The notes under the pieces: generated by a model | The model's database searches: none | What the model saw: only the letters and a program-made list of their open reading frames with translations | What the model was told of the DNA's origin: nothing | Translations under genes and position numbers: made by a program | Source of the DNA: an uncultured Gammaproteobacteria bacterium | GTDB taxonomy: Bacteria; Patescibacteriota; Patescibacteriia; Patescibacteriales; Patescibacteriaceae | Direction of reading: 5' to 3' | DNA: 64,000 bases | Assembly (NCBI GenBank): GCA_964593745.1 | Contig: CAZQHN010000002.1 | Coordinates: 66,283-130,282 of the forward strand | Shown: piece by piece, positions 9,538 to 19,456 of the stretch | Layout of the letters: every line of letters starts with the position of its first letter | How positions within the stretch are numbered: position 1 is the stretch's first letter

Positions 9538-10275
9538 TTAAGCAAAGTAAATTTTTAATAGATACATAATTAATAGCCCACTACCTAAAAGTGTTAATTG
9601 TAAGAGTGATTTTTTTAATTTTGTTTCACGATGTAACTCAGGCAAAAGATCAGCCATGGCAATATATAAAAAAGCGCCAGCGGTTAAGGGCATAATTATT
9701 TGGTTAAGTTGTTCAATTTTTTCACCAATAAAAAAGATAGCCATAGCGCCAATCACCGAAGTTAGGGCGCTTAAAAAGTTAAAAGTTAAGGCCTTGGCCT
9801 TACTATAGCCAGCATGTAATAAAACTCCAAAGTCGCCAATTTCTTGAGGGATTTCATGAAGTAAAACCGCTAGAGTTGTAGCTAAACCAACTGGTATGCT
9901 AATTAAAAATGAGCCACCAATTAATAAGCCATCAAAAAAATTATGAAAAATATCGCCCACTAAATTCATAGTACCTAAGGGGTGAGGGTGTTCGCTAGAA
10001 GTTAGTATATGACAATGGCGCCAATGAATAATTTTTTCTAAAATAAAAAATAAAGCAATGCCAATAATTATCCATTTCCAAATTTTTTCACCAGCTAGTT
10101 CAACAGCTTCGGGTAAAAGATGAATAAAAACATCGCCAATCATGGTGCCGGCAGCTAAACCAACTAAATAAAAGGAAATTTTTTTTAGTTTTTCACTTGA
10201 GGCTGATAAGGTGATAATACCTACTAAAGACACCAAGGAGACAGCTAGGGTAGCTAAAATAGCGTATAATAACAT
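9538..10275 (-). CDS. ZIP-family metal transporter
   Basis: HLLPEA, HWRHCH, HNFFDG, HEIPQEIGDF. Confidence 0.95.
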   Translation of the reverse strand: MLLYAILATLAVSLVSLVGIITLSASSEKLKKISFYLVGLAAGTMIGDVFIHLLPEAVELAGEKIWKWIIIGIALFFILEKIIHWRHCHILTSSEHPHPLGTMNLVGDIFHNFFDGLLIGGSFLISIPVGLATTLAVLLHEIPQEIGDFGVLLHAGYSKAKALTFNFLSALTSVIGAMAIFFIGEKIEQLNQIIMPLTAGAFLYIAMADLLPELHRETKLKKSLLQLTLLGSGLLIMYLLKIYFA

Positions 10276-10302
10276 AAAAATTATCTATAACTTAATTATA
10301 CT

Positions 10303-11007
10303 TTATTTTTTCTTAAGATAATATAGACGTTTTTTGGGTGGTAATTTTTCAATGGCATACCTTAGCATGGTACGCGGCATTGTTTTACTGTGTTGGTTTA
10401 AAAAATTATGAAGTTGTGTTGGTGATTTTTTACCCAATTCTCTAAGCATCCAACCAACGGCTTTATGTATTAAATCATGCTGGTCGGTTAAAAGTTTTTT
10501 AGCCAAGCGCAATGTAGGTTGAAAATTATTATTTTTAATATGAGCAAAAGTTGAAATAATAGCAACACGTCTAGCCCATAAATTTTTTGAGTTAGCTAAC
10601 TCGTATAGTTTAGCCGGGCTTTTATCTAATAACCAGGCACCAAGAATTTTATGAGCGGTTAAGTCAACTAAATCCCAGTTGTTAACAGCTTTTAAATTAG
10701 TTAAATAAAATTTTACAATTTTAGCCTTAGTTTTTGTATCGCTTTTAGCAAATTGATCAACTAAAATTAATAAACCCACTAAGCGAACCTCATGAATTTT
10801 TGAAGCTAATAATTTTTTATTTTCATTGAGAGTTAGGTGGTTAAATTTTTTAACTATAGCTCTAGATTGCGGAACCATTAAGCCACAAAAAATATCTCCT
10901 GCGCCATATTGGCCTGGGTCAGTTTTAAAAAAACGCTGTAGTATAACAGCTTGTTTTTTATTGGCTGATTTTTTTATTTGGTTAATAACTAATTTGGCGT
11001 TCGACAT
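10303..11007 (-). CDS. DNA alkylation repair protein (AlkD-like)
   Basis: RFFKTDPGQYGAGD, NNWDLVD, DLIHKAVGWMLRE, MPRTMLRYAIEK. Confidence 0.9.
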   Translation of the reverse strand: MSNAKLVINQIKKSANKKQAVILQRFFKTDPGQYGAGDIFCGLMVPQSRAIVKKFNHLTLNENKKLLASKIHEVRLVGLLILVDQFAKSDTKTKAKIVKFYLTNLKAVNNWDLVDLTAHKILGAWLLDKSPAKLYELANSKNLWARRVAIISTFAHIKNNNFQPTLRLAKKLLTDQHDLIHKAVGWMLRELGKKSPTQLHNFLNQHSKTMPRTMLRYAIEKLPPKKRLYYLKKK

Positions 11008-11008
11008 A

Positions 11009-11557
11009 TTATTGATAGGTCGGTGATTTTTCTGTTTTAGCTTCTTGTTCATTCATATAGCGTGCTAAAGCATAAAGTAAGCTTGATAGACGGTTCATAT
11101 AGGCTAAAGAACCCCCCTTTAGGGGTGAGGCTTGTTGGGCACCAATAATCATGCGTTCAGCGCGCCGAGCGATCGTGCGCGCAATATCAAATAAAGCACT
11201 TGGTTCACTTTCGCCAGGCACAATAAAATTTTTAATTGGTTGAAGATTGTTTTCTAGTTCGTTAATAGTGGTTTCTAGAGCTTTGGTTTTTTCTGGGTTA
11301 ATAGTTAGTTTAGCCCCAGCTAATTCACCTTGAATAATAAATAGATTTTCTTGCGTAGCGTAAATTACTTGATCAATTGTAGGCCAAATTGAAGTCGGGA
11401 TGGTTTTTTGCCCCAATTTAACTCGGCAAAACCCAAGCCAAGTATTTAATTCATCAACCGCTCCCAAAGCTTCAATCGTGACATGATTTTTTGGTACTCT
11501 TTCGTTGGTTTTTAGGGTTTTGGTTGTACCTTTATCACCCTGGCCAGTATAAAGCAT
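11009..11557 (-). CDS. pduO: PduO-type ATP:cob(I)alamin adenosyltransferase
   Basis: MLYTGQGDKGTT, GAVDELN, ARTIARRAER, YMNRLSSLLYALAR; start at ATG 11557. Confidence 0.92.
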   Translation of the reverse strand: MLYTGQGDKGTTKTLKTNERVPKNHVTIEALGAVDELNTWLGFCRVKLGQKTIPTSIWPTIDQVIYATQENLFIIQGELAGAKLTINPEKTKALETTINELENNLQPIKNFIVPGESEPSALFDIARTIARRAERMIIGAQQASPLKGGSLAYMNRLSSLLYALARYMNEQEAKTEKSPTYQ

Positions 11558-11567
11558 ATAGTTAATT

Positions 11568-13820
11568 TTATAGCTCACAGGCGCCAGAGACGCAGGCAAA
11601 TTCTTTGCTACCTGTGGTTGAGTCGCCCATTTCATATTGCATTAGTTTAGAAAAATCTAGTTGGCCAATTTCAGCTTTACGGCGCTCATATTCGGTTTGG
11701 TCAATCGCTTCATAAGGCGCTAATTGATAAACATGATCTGATCTTGGCAAGAAGGAAAGTCCACCCACCCAGTCCCAATTTTGATAAACAAAATTAGCAA
11801 CCTCTAACCATTCATTTGGTCCAACATAAATCGTGGCTGAAGGATTATGCTCTACAAAATGTTGTTTTAGTCTTTTCCATTCAGTTAATAATTCTAGAGC
11901 CGTGACGTCTTCTTTAAAAATAGCTTTGTCTGGCGCTTTAACTGGAAATTCTAAAACAAAAGTCGTGGCTGATTCTACGGCTTGACCAACTTCAGGTAAA
12001 CAAGGCACGCCTTGCTCACGAGCAAATTGTAATAAAGGATCAGTGTGAGAAATTCTTACCCGACGAATAAAATAAGGCGCAAACCAAGGATGCATGCCTG
12101 AGCCAACACCTAAAAGTTGGCCTGAATTGCCATGCGGTTTAACACAGGTAATGGCAGTAGATTGATTAATACTAAGACGTTTAGCATATTCTTGGTTGAT
12201 TTTAATACCTTCTTCGCGTAAGGTGTCTAAGACTTTGTCGTCACGGATAATTTGATTGTCATAGTAGCCAGTTAATGACACGCCCAATAATCTTTCTTCT
12301 TCGCAATTATCTTTCCAGCCTTTAGATAAATAGCCAAAGTTAGTTAGAGTTGATTGGTAAGTTCCTAAAATAGTGGCTAGCTTCATTTTTCTTTTTAGAT
12401 CTTCTAGGCTGTCTTCGGGGCGAATAACAATACTAGTTAAATTACAAAATTGCTTGGAGCGTAAGTAGATTTCGCCACAAGGATTTAAGCCAACTAATTT
12501 TTCATTTTTTAATTTTTCCCAACGGCGAGCTGGTAATTGTGTGGAAAGACTACCGCGATTAAAAATGCCGCGCTCGCCCGATTTTGATTTAACTAGGGCA
12601 GTCCATTCATCTAAAAATTCTTCTGCTGAGGGCTTTTCATTATAGACCGCTGAGTTATTAGCCATGACGCGTTGACCTTCAGTGACATAAAATTGACCCT
12701 TTTTAGCATCGCGCATTTCAATATCATCTAAGTCAGACAAGGAAATTAAAGCACTGCGTCTTACGCCACCAGCCACAACAATTAAGCCAATTTGGCAGAT
12801 AATATCATGTAGGTCAACATTGGTTAAACGGCGGTTTTGACGAGCTAAAACTTTATTGCGAGCAAAACGCATCAAATCAATTAAAGGTTGGGGACCACTT
12901 GCTCTTCCACCGGCGGTTTTTAATCTAGCTCCAGCGGGACGAATACGAGAATAATCAAAATTAATATCCTCGCCTTCGGCCCAGGTTTTCATACCTAAAA
13001 CAAAAGCCTCAGCCCAGCCCTCTTTGCTATCTTCTACTATATGAATCGGTAATTTTTTACCAGTTTGTTTTTTGATTTGCGGAAATCTCTGCACAGCTTC
13101 GGCTTCAACTGAAAAACCAAGACCAGCGCCGCACATTAAGATATACATTATTTCACCCAAGTCTTGAAAACAACTTGGCGCAATATAAGAGCAATTATAA
13201 GCCCAAACATTAGAATTGCGCGCCGCCTCACCCGAGGACCAAAGTAAACGCATGGAAGGACAAACGTCTTGTTGTAAAATACCTTGCTCTAATTCATTAT
13301 ATTCTTCATTAGTTAATTTTTTACCCAGGCTTTCGCGCATAAAATCAATATAACGCCTAACTGTTTCGGTCCAAGTTTCACGACGTTCTAATTCTGGTAG
13401 CCAACGGCTATACATTTGGTAAAAAATAAACTCCGAATAAGAACTTCTAAAATATTTACTACTGTCAGTGACTAATTTTTTTATGCTATCTGGTACGGGG
13501 CGAGTTGTTTTTCTAATTTTAGCTCGTTCTGAACGATAAAGAATAAAAGCTTTAGCGGCTTTAGCAAACCCCTCACGCATTAATTCAACCTCAACAATAT
13601 CTTGAATTTGTTCTACCGTGGGAATGTTGTTGTTAAATTTATTTTTTCTGATTAAAGCTTTTAAATTTTTAGTTACTGTCTTAGCAATCATTTTTGCTTC
13701 TTCTCGTCCGCCTTCTGAGGCTTGCTCTAAGGCTTTGAGCGCCGCATTTTCAATGCGTGATTGATCAAACTCAACTAAATTGCCGTCTCTTTTCTGGACG
13801 TGAGTGAGGGGGTTAAGCAT
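11568..13820 (-). CDS. nrdJ: Class II (adenosylcobalamin-dependent) ribonucleotide reductase with N-terminal ATP-cone
   Basis: VQKRDGNLVEFD ATP-cone; YNCSY, VVAGGVRRSALISL, NPCGEI, TCVKPHG, C-terminal CVSGAC. Confidence 0.93.
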   Translation of the reverse strand: MLNPLTHVQKRDGNLVEFDQSRIENAALKALEQASEGGREEAKMIAKTVTKNLKALIRKNKFNNNIPTVEQIQDIVEVELMREGFAKAAKAFILYRSERAKIRKTTRPVPDSIKKLVTDSSKYFRSSYSEFIFYQMYSRWLPELERRETWTETVRRYIDFMRESLGKKLTNEEYNELEQGILQQDVCPSMRLLWSSGEAARNSNVWAYNCSYIAPSCFQDLGEIMYILMCGAGLGFSVEAEAVQRFPQIKKQTGKKLPIHIVEDSKEGWAEAFVLGMKTWAEGEDINFDYSRIRPAGARLKTAGGRASGPQPLIDLMRFARNKVLARQNRRLTNVDLHDIICQIGLIVVAGGVRRSALISLSDLDDIEMRDAKKGQFYVTEGQRVMANNSAVYNEKPSAEEFLDEWTALVKSKSGERGIFNRGSLSTQLPARRWEKLKNEKLVGLNPCGEIYLRSKQFCNLTSIVIRPEDSLEDLKRKMKLATILGTYQSTLTNFGYLSKGWKDNCEEERLLGVSLTGYYDNQIIRDDKVLDTLREEGIKINQEYAKRLSINQSTAITCVKPHGNSGQLLGVGSGMHPWFAPYFIRRVRISHTDPLLQFAREQGVPCLPEVGQAVESATTFVLEFPVKAPDKAIFKEDVTALELLTEWKRLKQHFVEHNPSATIYVGPNEWLEVANFVYQNWDWVGGLSFLPRSDHVYQLAPYEAIDQTEYERRKAEIGQLDFSKLMQYEMGDSTTGSKEFACVSGACEL

Positions 13821-13898
13821 AGGGGTAAATTATTAATTATAGCTTTTTTAATATAGCACTCCTGAGTCTAAACTAAAAGTGGATAAGTTTACCTGATT

Positions 13899-13947
13899 TA
13901 TCCATATATAGAGGCTAATTAGCTGTTTAATCCACTATATGTAGTGT
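13899..13947. promoter_or_regulatory. Tandem NrdR boxes upstream of nrdJ
   Basis: CCACTATATGTAGTGT (13932-13947, strong) and TATCCATATATAGAGG (13899-13914, weaker), 33 bp apart. Confidence 0.7.
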
Positions 13948-14000
13948 TTGCCTTTAAAGCTTTTAAAATAAATGGTTTGGTCTTAGTTTGGTCCAAATTT

Positions 14001-14030
14001 AAAACCCCGTGCCGTTTAGGCACGGGGTTT
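14001..14030. terminator. Intrinsic terminator
   Basis: AAAACCCCGTGCC-GTTTA-GGCACGGGGTTT. Confidence 0.8.
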
Positions 14031-14042
14031 ATGGAGCGTATT

Positions 14043-14678
14043 TTATAGATCAAACCCAAAACCGCCATCGTCAAATCTAATTGGTAAAGCACTGGCCTTA
14101 GGTTGTAATTTTTCACAGGCCTTTAAATCGGTTTTATAAGTATCCCAAATATTTTTATGAGCTTCTCTTAGTGTTTTGCGGCCATCAAGCATGTCTTTTT
14201 TAAAATTATTAATACAGATGTTATTGGCCTCTTTTTGCTCTTTAATAGTTGTTTTATCTAAAGCTGCTTTTTGACAAATATTACGTTGATCAAGTAAATT
14301 AGCTAAATTACTACTGACGTTTGATAGGGCGTCTTTAATAGCGGTATCTTTTTTATCAATCGCTGTTTTAACACAAGTTGCAGCCTCAGGTGTAATTAAG
14401 GCTTGGCTATCTATTTTTCTAATCCCCCATAAATTATTGCCAATTTTTTTAACCGCTTCAAAATTTTCTAAATCCTGTAAGGAATTTATTTTTTCCATAA
14501 CTCTTTTTCTGATTCCCCAAAGTTCAGTGCCAATTTTTTTAATATTGCCAAAATTTTTAATTTCGGCTGGAGAGCTAATTTTTTCTAAGTTAGAGCCTGT
14601 GGTAGAATTATCGGCCGCTAAAGCCATGGTACCAAAGACCAAAACTAAGGCTATTATTAAAAATAAGATTTTTTTCAT
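14043..14678 (-). CDS. Secreted hypothetical protein with an internal ~28-aa duplication
   Basis: Signal peptide; LEKISSPAEIKNFGNIKKIGTELWGIRK / MEKINSLQDLENFEAVKKIGNNLWGIRK; four Cys in the helical C-terminus. Confidence 0.8.
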   Translation of the reverse strand: MKKILFLIIALVLVFGTMALAADNSTTGSNLEKISSPAEIKNFGNIKKIGTELWGIRKRVMEKINSLQDLENFEAVKKIGNNLWGIRKIDSQALITPEAATCVKTAIDKKDTAIKDALSNVSSNLANLLDQRNICQKAALDKTTIKEQKEANNICINNFKKDMLDGRKTLREAHKNIWDTYKTDLKACEKLQPKASALPIRFDDGGFGFDL

Positions 14679-14802
14679 AAATTTTGATTTAATTACCCCT
14701 AGCAGGGTAGTGGTGTTATTATAGCATAGATCTTATTTTTTCTAATAAAAAAGCTAATTTTATGTAAAAATTAGCTTTAAATAATTTAAGAAAGTCGCCT
14801 CT

Positions 14803-15024
14803 TTAATGATAATCATTTTTAGAGTCTCTTATATTTTCTGCTTGTCGAATAGCTTCTTGGCCAGTAATAATTTTATTGTGGTAGGCTTGAAGAATTGACG
14901 CAAAGGCGCTAGCTTCATAATCATTAGCTCCTCTACGCATTACTTCATCCATAATACCATGGATAATCATTTCTGGGTCAAAATTATTTTCTTCAGCAGT
15001 TGGTTTGATCTTTTCTTTTTCCAT
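14803..15024 (-). CDS. Small hypothetical protein
   Basis: 73-aa ORF with protein-like composition. Confidence 0.7.
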   Translation of the reverse strand: MEKEKIKPTAEENNFDPEMIIHGIMDEVMRRGANDYEASAFASILQAYHNKIITGQEAIRQAENIRDSKNDYH

Positions 15025-15108
15025 GATTTTAATATAAGTTATTTTTAATTTTAAAGCAAATTATTTAAGAGTTTTTTTTAAATTATAATATGAGACAATA
15101 TATAGTAT

Positions 15109-15972
15109 ATGGGTGGTTTATTTGCTATTCTAGCTTTAATATCTTGGGGAGTTGGTGATTTTTTAATCCAAAAAAGCACGCGTAAGCTTGGTGATTGGTT
15201 GTCTTTATTTTATATTACCGGATCAATTTCTATTGTTTTGTTACCATTTATTTATCAAGACTTACCAGCCCTTTTTAATAATTCTTATAGTCTATTAATT
15301 TTAATTTGTGCTGGTCTAGTTAGTACTTTTGCTGCTTTATGTTTGTTTGAGGGCTTAAGAGAAGGAAAAATTTCCATTGTTGAGCCAATTTTTGCTTTAG
15401 AGATAATAGTGACAGCTTTTTTGGCTCAATGGTTTTTACAAGAAAAAATTGCCTTATGGCAATTTAGTTTTATTATTACTTTAATTTTAGGTGTAGTCTT
15501 AGCGTCTATTAAATCATTAGCTCATTTTAAAAATTTTAAATTAGAAGCTGGTGTTTTAATTGCGGTGTTAGCTACAATTGGCATGGGAGCCGAAAATTTT
15601 CTTTATGGTTTGGGTGCTCGCTTAACTAGCCCTTTATTAGTTAATTGGTTTGCTAGTTTAATCGTGGCTTTAATTACTTTAGGTTTTATTATTTATAAAA
15701 AACAAACGCCAAAAATTTTAAGTGAGTTAAAGGCTAGGCCAGGTTTAATTTTTTGGATGAGTTTATTAGATAATGTTTCTTGGATTTTTTATACCTTTAG
15801 TATTATCTATATCCCCATGGCTCTAGCGACCGGTATTAGCGAGGGCTATGTTGCTTTAGCTATTTTATTAGGCTTATGGCTTAATCATGAAAAAATAAAA
15901 CTTCATCAAATTATTGGTTTGGTTTTAACCTTACTATCAGCGGTGGTGCTTTTAGTATCGCTTAATTTTTAA
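15109..15972 (+). CDS. EamA/DMT-family transporter
   Basis: About 10 hydrophobic segments; WGVGDFL, GKISIVEPI, LNHEKI. Confidence 0.88.
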   Translation: MGGLFAILALISWGVGDFLIQKSTRKLGDWLSLFYITGSISIVLLPFIYQDLPALFNNSYSLLILICAGLVSTFAALCLFEGLREGKISIVEPIFALEIIVTAFLAQWFLQEKIALWQFSFIITLILGVVLASIKSLAHFKNFKLEAGVLIAVLATIGMGAENFLYGLGARLTSPLLVNWFASLIVALITLGFIIYKKQTPKILSELKARPGLIFWMSLLDNVSWIFYTFSIIYIPMALATGISEGYVALAILLGLWLNHEKIKLHQIIGLVLTLLSAVVLLVSLNF

Positions 15973-16046
15973 TTATTTATTTTTTAAAACCCCGTTTCAC
16001 TATTTTTTAATGAAGCGGGGCTTGTTATTTTATGTTAAACGACTGA

Positions 16047-16472
16047 TTATTCTTTGCTTAGTTTAATTAAAGCTAATCCACCAACAGAGAGTATGATATA
16101 AAAAATACCCAATGGCATGGCATACCATAAATCAGTTGGCGCCAGAGTAGCGCCTGTCACTGTATTTAAATCAATTATTTTTGGGAGCCAGTTTAAGCTG
16201 ATAAATAATACGCCGTTAATAAACAGTAACCAACCATAATTAGTGAAGTAATTATTTAGCTCATGGTCGCTTACGATAGCTTGTTTATCATTAGCTTTAA
16301 AAAACCAGCTTAAACTAAAGATGGCTAAAATTGACAAGATTATAAAAATGCCAATATATAGCAAATGTGGCCAATTAGTAAAACCTGGGATTCTAAGCTG
16401 TACGAGCCAAGCATAAATGAGGAATAGAGTAGACGATATTTTTGCCACAGCTTTTTTAGATGAATTATTCAC
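16047..16472 (-). CDS. Hypothetical 4-TM membrane protein
   Basis: Four hydrophobic segments; paralog of 16491..16904. Confidence 0.7.
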   Translation of the reverse strand: MNNSSKKAVAKISSTLFLIYAWLVQLRIPGFTNWPHLLYIGIFIILSILAIFSLSWFFKANDKQAIVSDHELNNYFTNYGWLLFINGVLFISLNWLPKIIDLNTVTGATLAPTDLWYAMPLGIFYIILSVGGLALIKLSKE

Positions 16473-16490
16473 TGTCTTTGTGATTGAATT

Positions 16491-16904
16491 TCATTGATGA
16501 TATTTTTGATAAGTTAGGAAAAAAATTAAATCAAAATTATTTTTAGCATTACGATCAAAAAAAATCATTACACCCAGCATGCCAAGAAAAATATAATATA
16601 AACCTAGACCAACTGATAATAAAGTATCCTGGGGGCAAATTTCTTCCTTAATCCAATTAAACCAAAAATAAAGTATCAGGTTTCCGAGTAATATAGTACC
16701 TAGTGTTTTTTGTATTGTTCTTAATGTTTTATAACTCAAAGTATCTTCAATTATCCTAAGATTAATTAGTGCCAAGAATGATAAGATAATAAAAATAATT
16801 ATCATAACATAGTCCGGAAGACTAAATAATGGTTTAACTCTTAGGTGTATCAGCCAGGCGTAGATAGTTGGCAAAAAGATCAAAAAAATTTTTAAAGTTC
16901 TCAT
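16491..16904 (-). CDS. Hypothetical 4-TM membrane protein
   Basis: IYAWLIHLRV vs IYAWLVQLRI in the neighbour; AGGAG upstream. Confidence 0.72.
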   Translation of the reverse strand: MRTLKIFLIFLPTIYAWLIHLRVKPLFSLPDYVMIIIFIILSFLALINLRIIEDTLSYKTLRTIQKTLGTILLGNLILYFWFNWIKEEICPQDTLLSVGLGLYYIFLGMLGVMIFFDRNAKNNFDLIFFLTYQKYHQ

Positions 16905-17036
16905 TTTTTCTCCTGTTTGTTTTTTTATTTTTTATTTTAATATAAAAATCTATCATTTTTGTTAAATAAAGTCAAGGCTTTGACTTTAGTCTATAAATCA
17001 TTTAGGATAAAGCTAATTTAAATTAAGGGAGGTATT

Positions 17037-17486
17037 TTGAACATTAAAAAATCATTGCTTAAATTAATTAAACTAAAGTTTGTTCGTTTTTTATTAGCTG
17101 GTAGCTTAGGGGTGATAGTCTATTATGTTTTTCTTTATGGTTTAACGGAATTTTTTTTAGTACCCTATCTTATTTCTTCAGTGATTGGTTCAATCTTAAA
17201 TAATGTAGTTAATTTTATAACGCAAAAGTTTTGGACTTTTGAAGATAAGGATATTAGAAAAACACCTCAGCAAGCTGTATGGTATTCATGTAAAGTCATT
17301 ATTATTTTAGCTATTAATTCGGCCTTACTTTGGTTATTAGTAGAAAAATTAGGATTTCATTATCTTATTGCACAAACTTTAATTATTCCTTTGATAACTA
17401 TTTTAAGTTTTATTATTTCCAAGTTAATTTTTAAAAATAATAAACCCAAGTTAGTTAAGTCAACTGTTGTCGATTATTATTTGTAA
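17037..17486 (+). CDS. GtrA-family membrane protein
   Basis: KFVRFLLAG, NFITQKFWTF, YLIAQ. Confidence 0.88.
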   Translation: MNIKKSLLKLIKLKFVRFLLAGSLGVIVYYVFLYGLTEFFLVPYLISSVIGSILNNVVNFITQKFWTFEDKDIRKTPQQAVWYSCKVIIILAINSALLWLLVEKLGFHYLIAQTLIIPLITILSFIISKLIFKNNKPKLVKSTVVDYYL

Positions 17487-17528
17487 TGTTATGTAGGTTG
17501 GTTTTTTACCCCCCAATTATTAATTTAG

Positions 17529-18227
17529 TTGGGGTTTTTATTAAAAATGGTTGAAGTCGGTCGCGGAATTAATTCTCAGACAGGACCGCGTGATTATATT
17601 ATCACTCGCTTGTCTCATGATTTAGTCACGACCGAGGTTGGTTTATTAAGTAGTCATAATTACTCCAACTTTGATGAATTTGCTACCTATAAGTATTACT
17701 GGTTAGCAGTTCATCCTAAATATATTTTTGCTGCTGTTGGTAATGAAGTTGACCGTACTTGGGCAATAGTCGGTAGCAAAGATTTGAGTGATTTTGGTAA
17801 CCTTAGTTTTGCCAACCATGATAGAAAGACTCAAGATTTTTGGTTTAGAACGCAATTTGGTTTTGGCCAAGTTAATCAAGGGTTTTTCTGTCTCGACAAC
17901 TACTTGACCGCGGCTAGTTATTTAATAGTGCCGCCCTTCTTCTATAAACACTTTTCACCCGTGTCTACTAAAGGTGATTATGGTTTAAAGTTTGATGGTA
18001 AAAAGGTCGGATCGGTAGAGAAGTACGAATTAGCAATTTCCAAAAAATTCGGAAAATTAGGACAGTTAGCAGTCGGCTATCAAAGACAAGTCCCTTCTAC
18101 TAATGGTGTAACCATTGAATATTACAAGGACGCGTCTTTGGGTCAATTCAACACTTCAGTTGAGTTAAGATATGAATCCATTTATAAGCGTTTGAGTGGC
18201 TTCATCACGGCTAGTTATCAGTTCTAA
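17529..18227 (+). CDS. Hypothetical beta-rich protein (start uncertain)
   Basis: 232-aa open frame, aromatic/Gly-rich, ends ITASYQF; strong terminator follows at 18244-18274. Confidence 0.6.
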   Translation: MGFLLKMVEVGRGINSQTGPRDYIITRLSHDLVTTEVGLLSSHNYSNFDEFATYKYYWLAVHPKYIFAAVGNEVDRTWAIVGSKDLSDFGNLSFANHDRKTQDFWFRTQFGFGQVNQGFFCLDNYLTAASYLIVPPFFYKHFSPVSTKGDYGLKFDGKKVGSVEKYELAISKKFGKLGQLAVGYQRQVPSTNGVTIEYYKDASLGQFNTSVELRYESIYKRLSGFITASYQF

Positions 18228-18338
18228 ATATAGTTCTTTCAAAAATCCCCGTAAGGTTTTCTTACGGGGATTTTAATTTTTAAGACAGTGAATTGAAATG
18301 TTATTAACACGTATATTTTATCTATCTTTTTATGTCTC

Positions 18339-18391
18339 TTGACACTTTATTTAACTAAGTATATAATTTAGTATACCTACCCCCCAGGTAT
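18339..18391 (+). promoter_or_regulatory. Consensus sigma70 promoter with CsoR-type operator
   Basis: TTGACA (18339)-17 bp-TATAAT (18362); ATACCT-ACCCCCC-AGGTAT at 18373-18391. Confidence 0.85.
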
Positions 18392-18408
18392 GTTAATAAC
18401 TTAAATTT

Positions 18409-18687
18409 ATGATTACTCAAGATCAAAAAAAGAAGCTTCATATTGGTTTTAAAAAAGCTTCTAGTTTGTTAGCAAAAATTAATGAGATGATAGAACAAGA
18501 TCATTATTGCATTGATGTGATGCAGCAAAATTTAGCAGTCATCGGGCTTCTAAGGTCAGCTCATGAGTTTTTAATGGAAAATCACCTTAGGACTTGTTTT
18601 AAATCAGCCATGGCTTCTAAAAATGAAAAGAAAAAACAGCAGATGATAGCTGAAATTTTAAAAGTTACTAATCTTTATAATAAATAA
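18409..18687 (+). CDS. csoR: CsoR/RcnR-family metal-sensing repressor
   Basis: MIEQDHYCIDVMQQ and ENHLRTCF supply the Cys-His-Cys ligand set. Confidence 0.9.
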   Translation: MITQDQKKKLHIGFKKASSLLAKINEMIEQDHYCIDVMQQNLAVIGLLRSAHEFLMENHLRTCFKSAMASKNEKKKQQMIAEILKVTNLYNK

Positions 18688-19314
18688 ATGAAAAAACAAA
18701 CTAATAGTTGTTGTTCAACTAAACGAACCAAAGAAAAACAAGGTATTTTATCTGGTATTTTGTTCGGCCTATTGCCTCATTCTTTTTGTCTAGCTTTTAT
18801 CTTGTTGTCTGTTTTTGGTGCAGTCACAGCCACGGCTTTTTTAAAGCAAATTTTAATTATTCCTAATTTTTTAACTTTTCTAATAGCTTTGTCATTAATT
18901 TTAGCGACAGTATCTTCAATAATTTATTTATATAAGAAAAATTGTTTATGCCTAAATGGTATTAAAGAAAAATGGAAATATTTATTAAGCGTTTATTCGG
19001 TTATAATGGTGGTTAATTTATTGATGTTTTTCGTTGTTTTTCCGGTCCTAGCTAATTTTAAAGGTGATAAAAATACAATAGCTTCTACTAGCACTTCTCA
19101 AGATAATTTATCCTCTTTAATAATTAAAACCCAAATACCTTGTTCAGGGCACGCTCCTTTAATTATTGATGAGATAAAGCAAAATAAAGGTATCGTCTCG
19201 GTTAATTTTTCTATGCCTAATGTTTTTAAAGTAGTTTATGATCCTCAAAGAATCACGCCGGAAAAAATTATTTCTTCCCAGGCCCTAAAAACCTATCAAG
19301 CTACTATTAATTAA
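18688..19314 (+). CDS. Membrane protein with C-terminal HMA-like domain
   Basis: N-terminal CC, three TM segments with PHSFC, CLC loop, C-terminal IPCSGH. Confidence 0.75.
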   Translation: MKKQTNSCCSTKRTKEKQGILSGILFGLLPHSFCLAFILLSVFGAVTATAFLKQILIIPNFLTFLIALSLILATVSSIIYLYKKNCLCLNGIKEKWKYLLSVYSVIMVVNLLMFFVVFPVLANFKGDKNTIASTSTSQDNLSSLIIKTQIPCSGHAPLIIDEIKQNKGIVSVNFSMPNVFKVVYDPQRITPEKIISSQALKTYQATIN

Positions 19315-19366
19315 TTTTAAAGGTCGAGACAAGGTAATTTTATAAACTATTATTAAACTCTAAAAT

Positions 19367-19453
19367 ATGAAGAAGAAAAAAATCAACGCCTGCTGTGGTT
19401 GTGAGTGTAAGAATTGTAATTGCGCGACCTGTGACTGTGGGTGCAATAAATAA
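19367..19453 (+). CDS. Metallothionein-like peptide (28 aa, 9 Cys), absent from the ORF track
   Basis: MKKKKINACCGCECKNCNCATCDCGCNK*; last in the csoR unit, directly before a terminator. Confidence 0.8.
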   Translation: MKKKKINACCGCECKNCNCATCDCGCNK

Positions 19454-19456
19454 AGT

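Noticed and set aside
13821..14040. Cobalamin riboswitch upstream of nrdJ; ORF 13919..14116
   Set aside because: No B12-box-like sequence seen; the ORF crosses a terminator and an NrdR box
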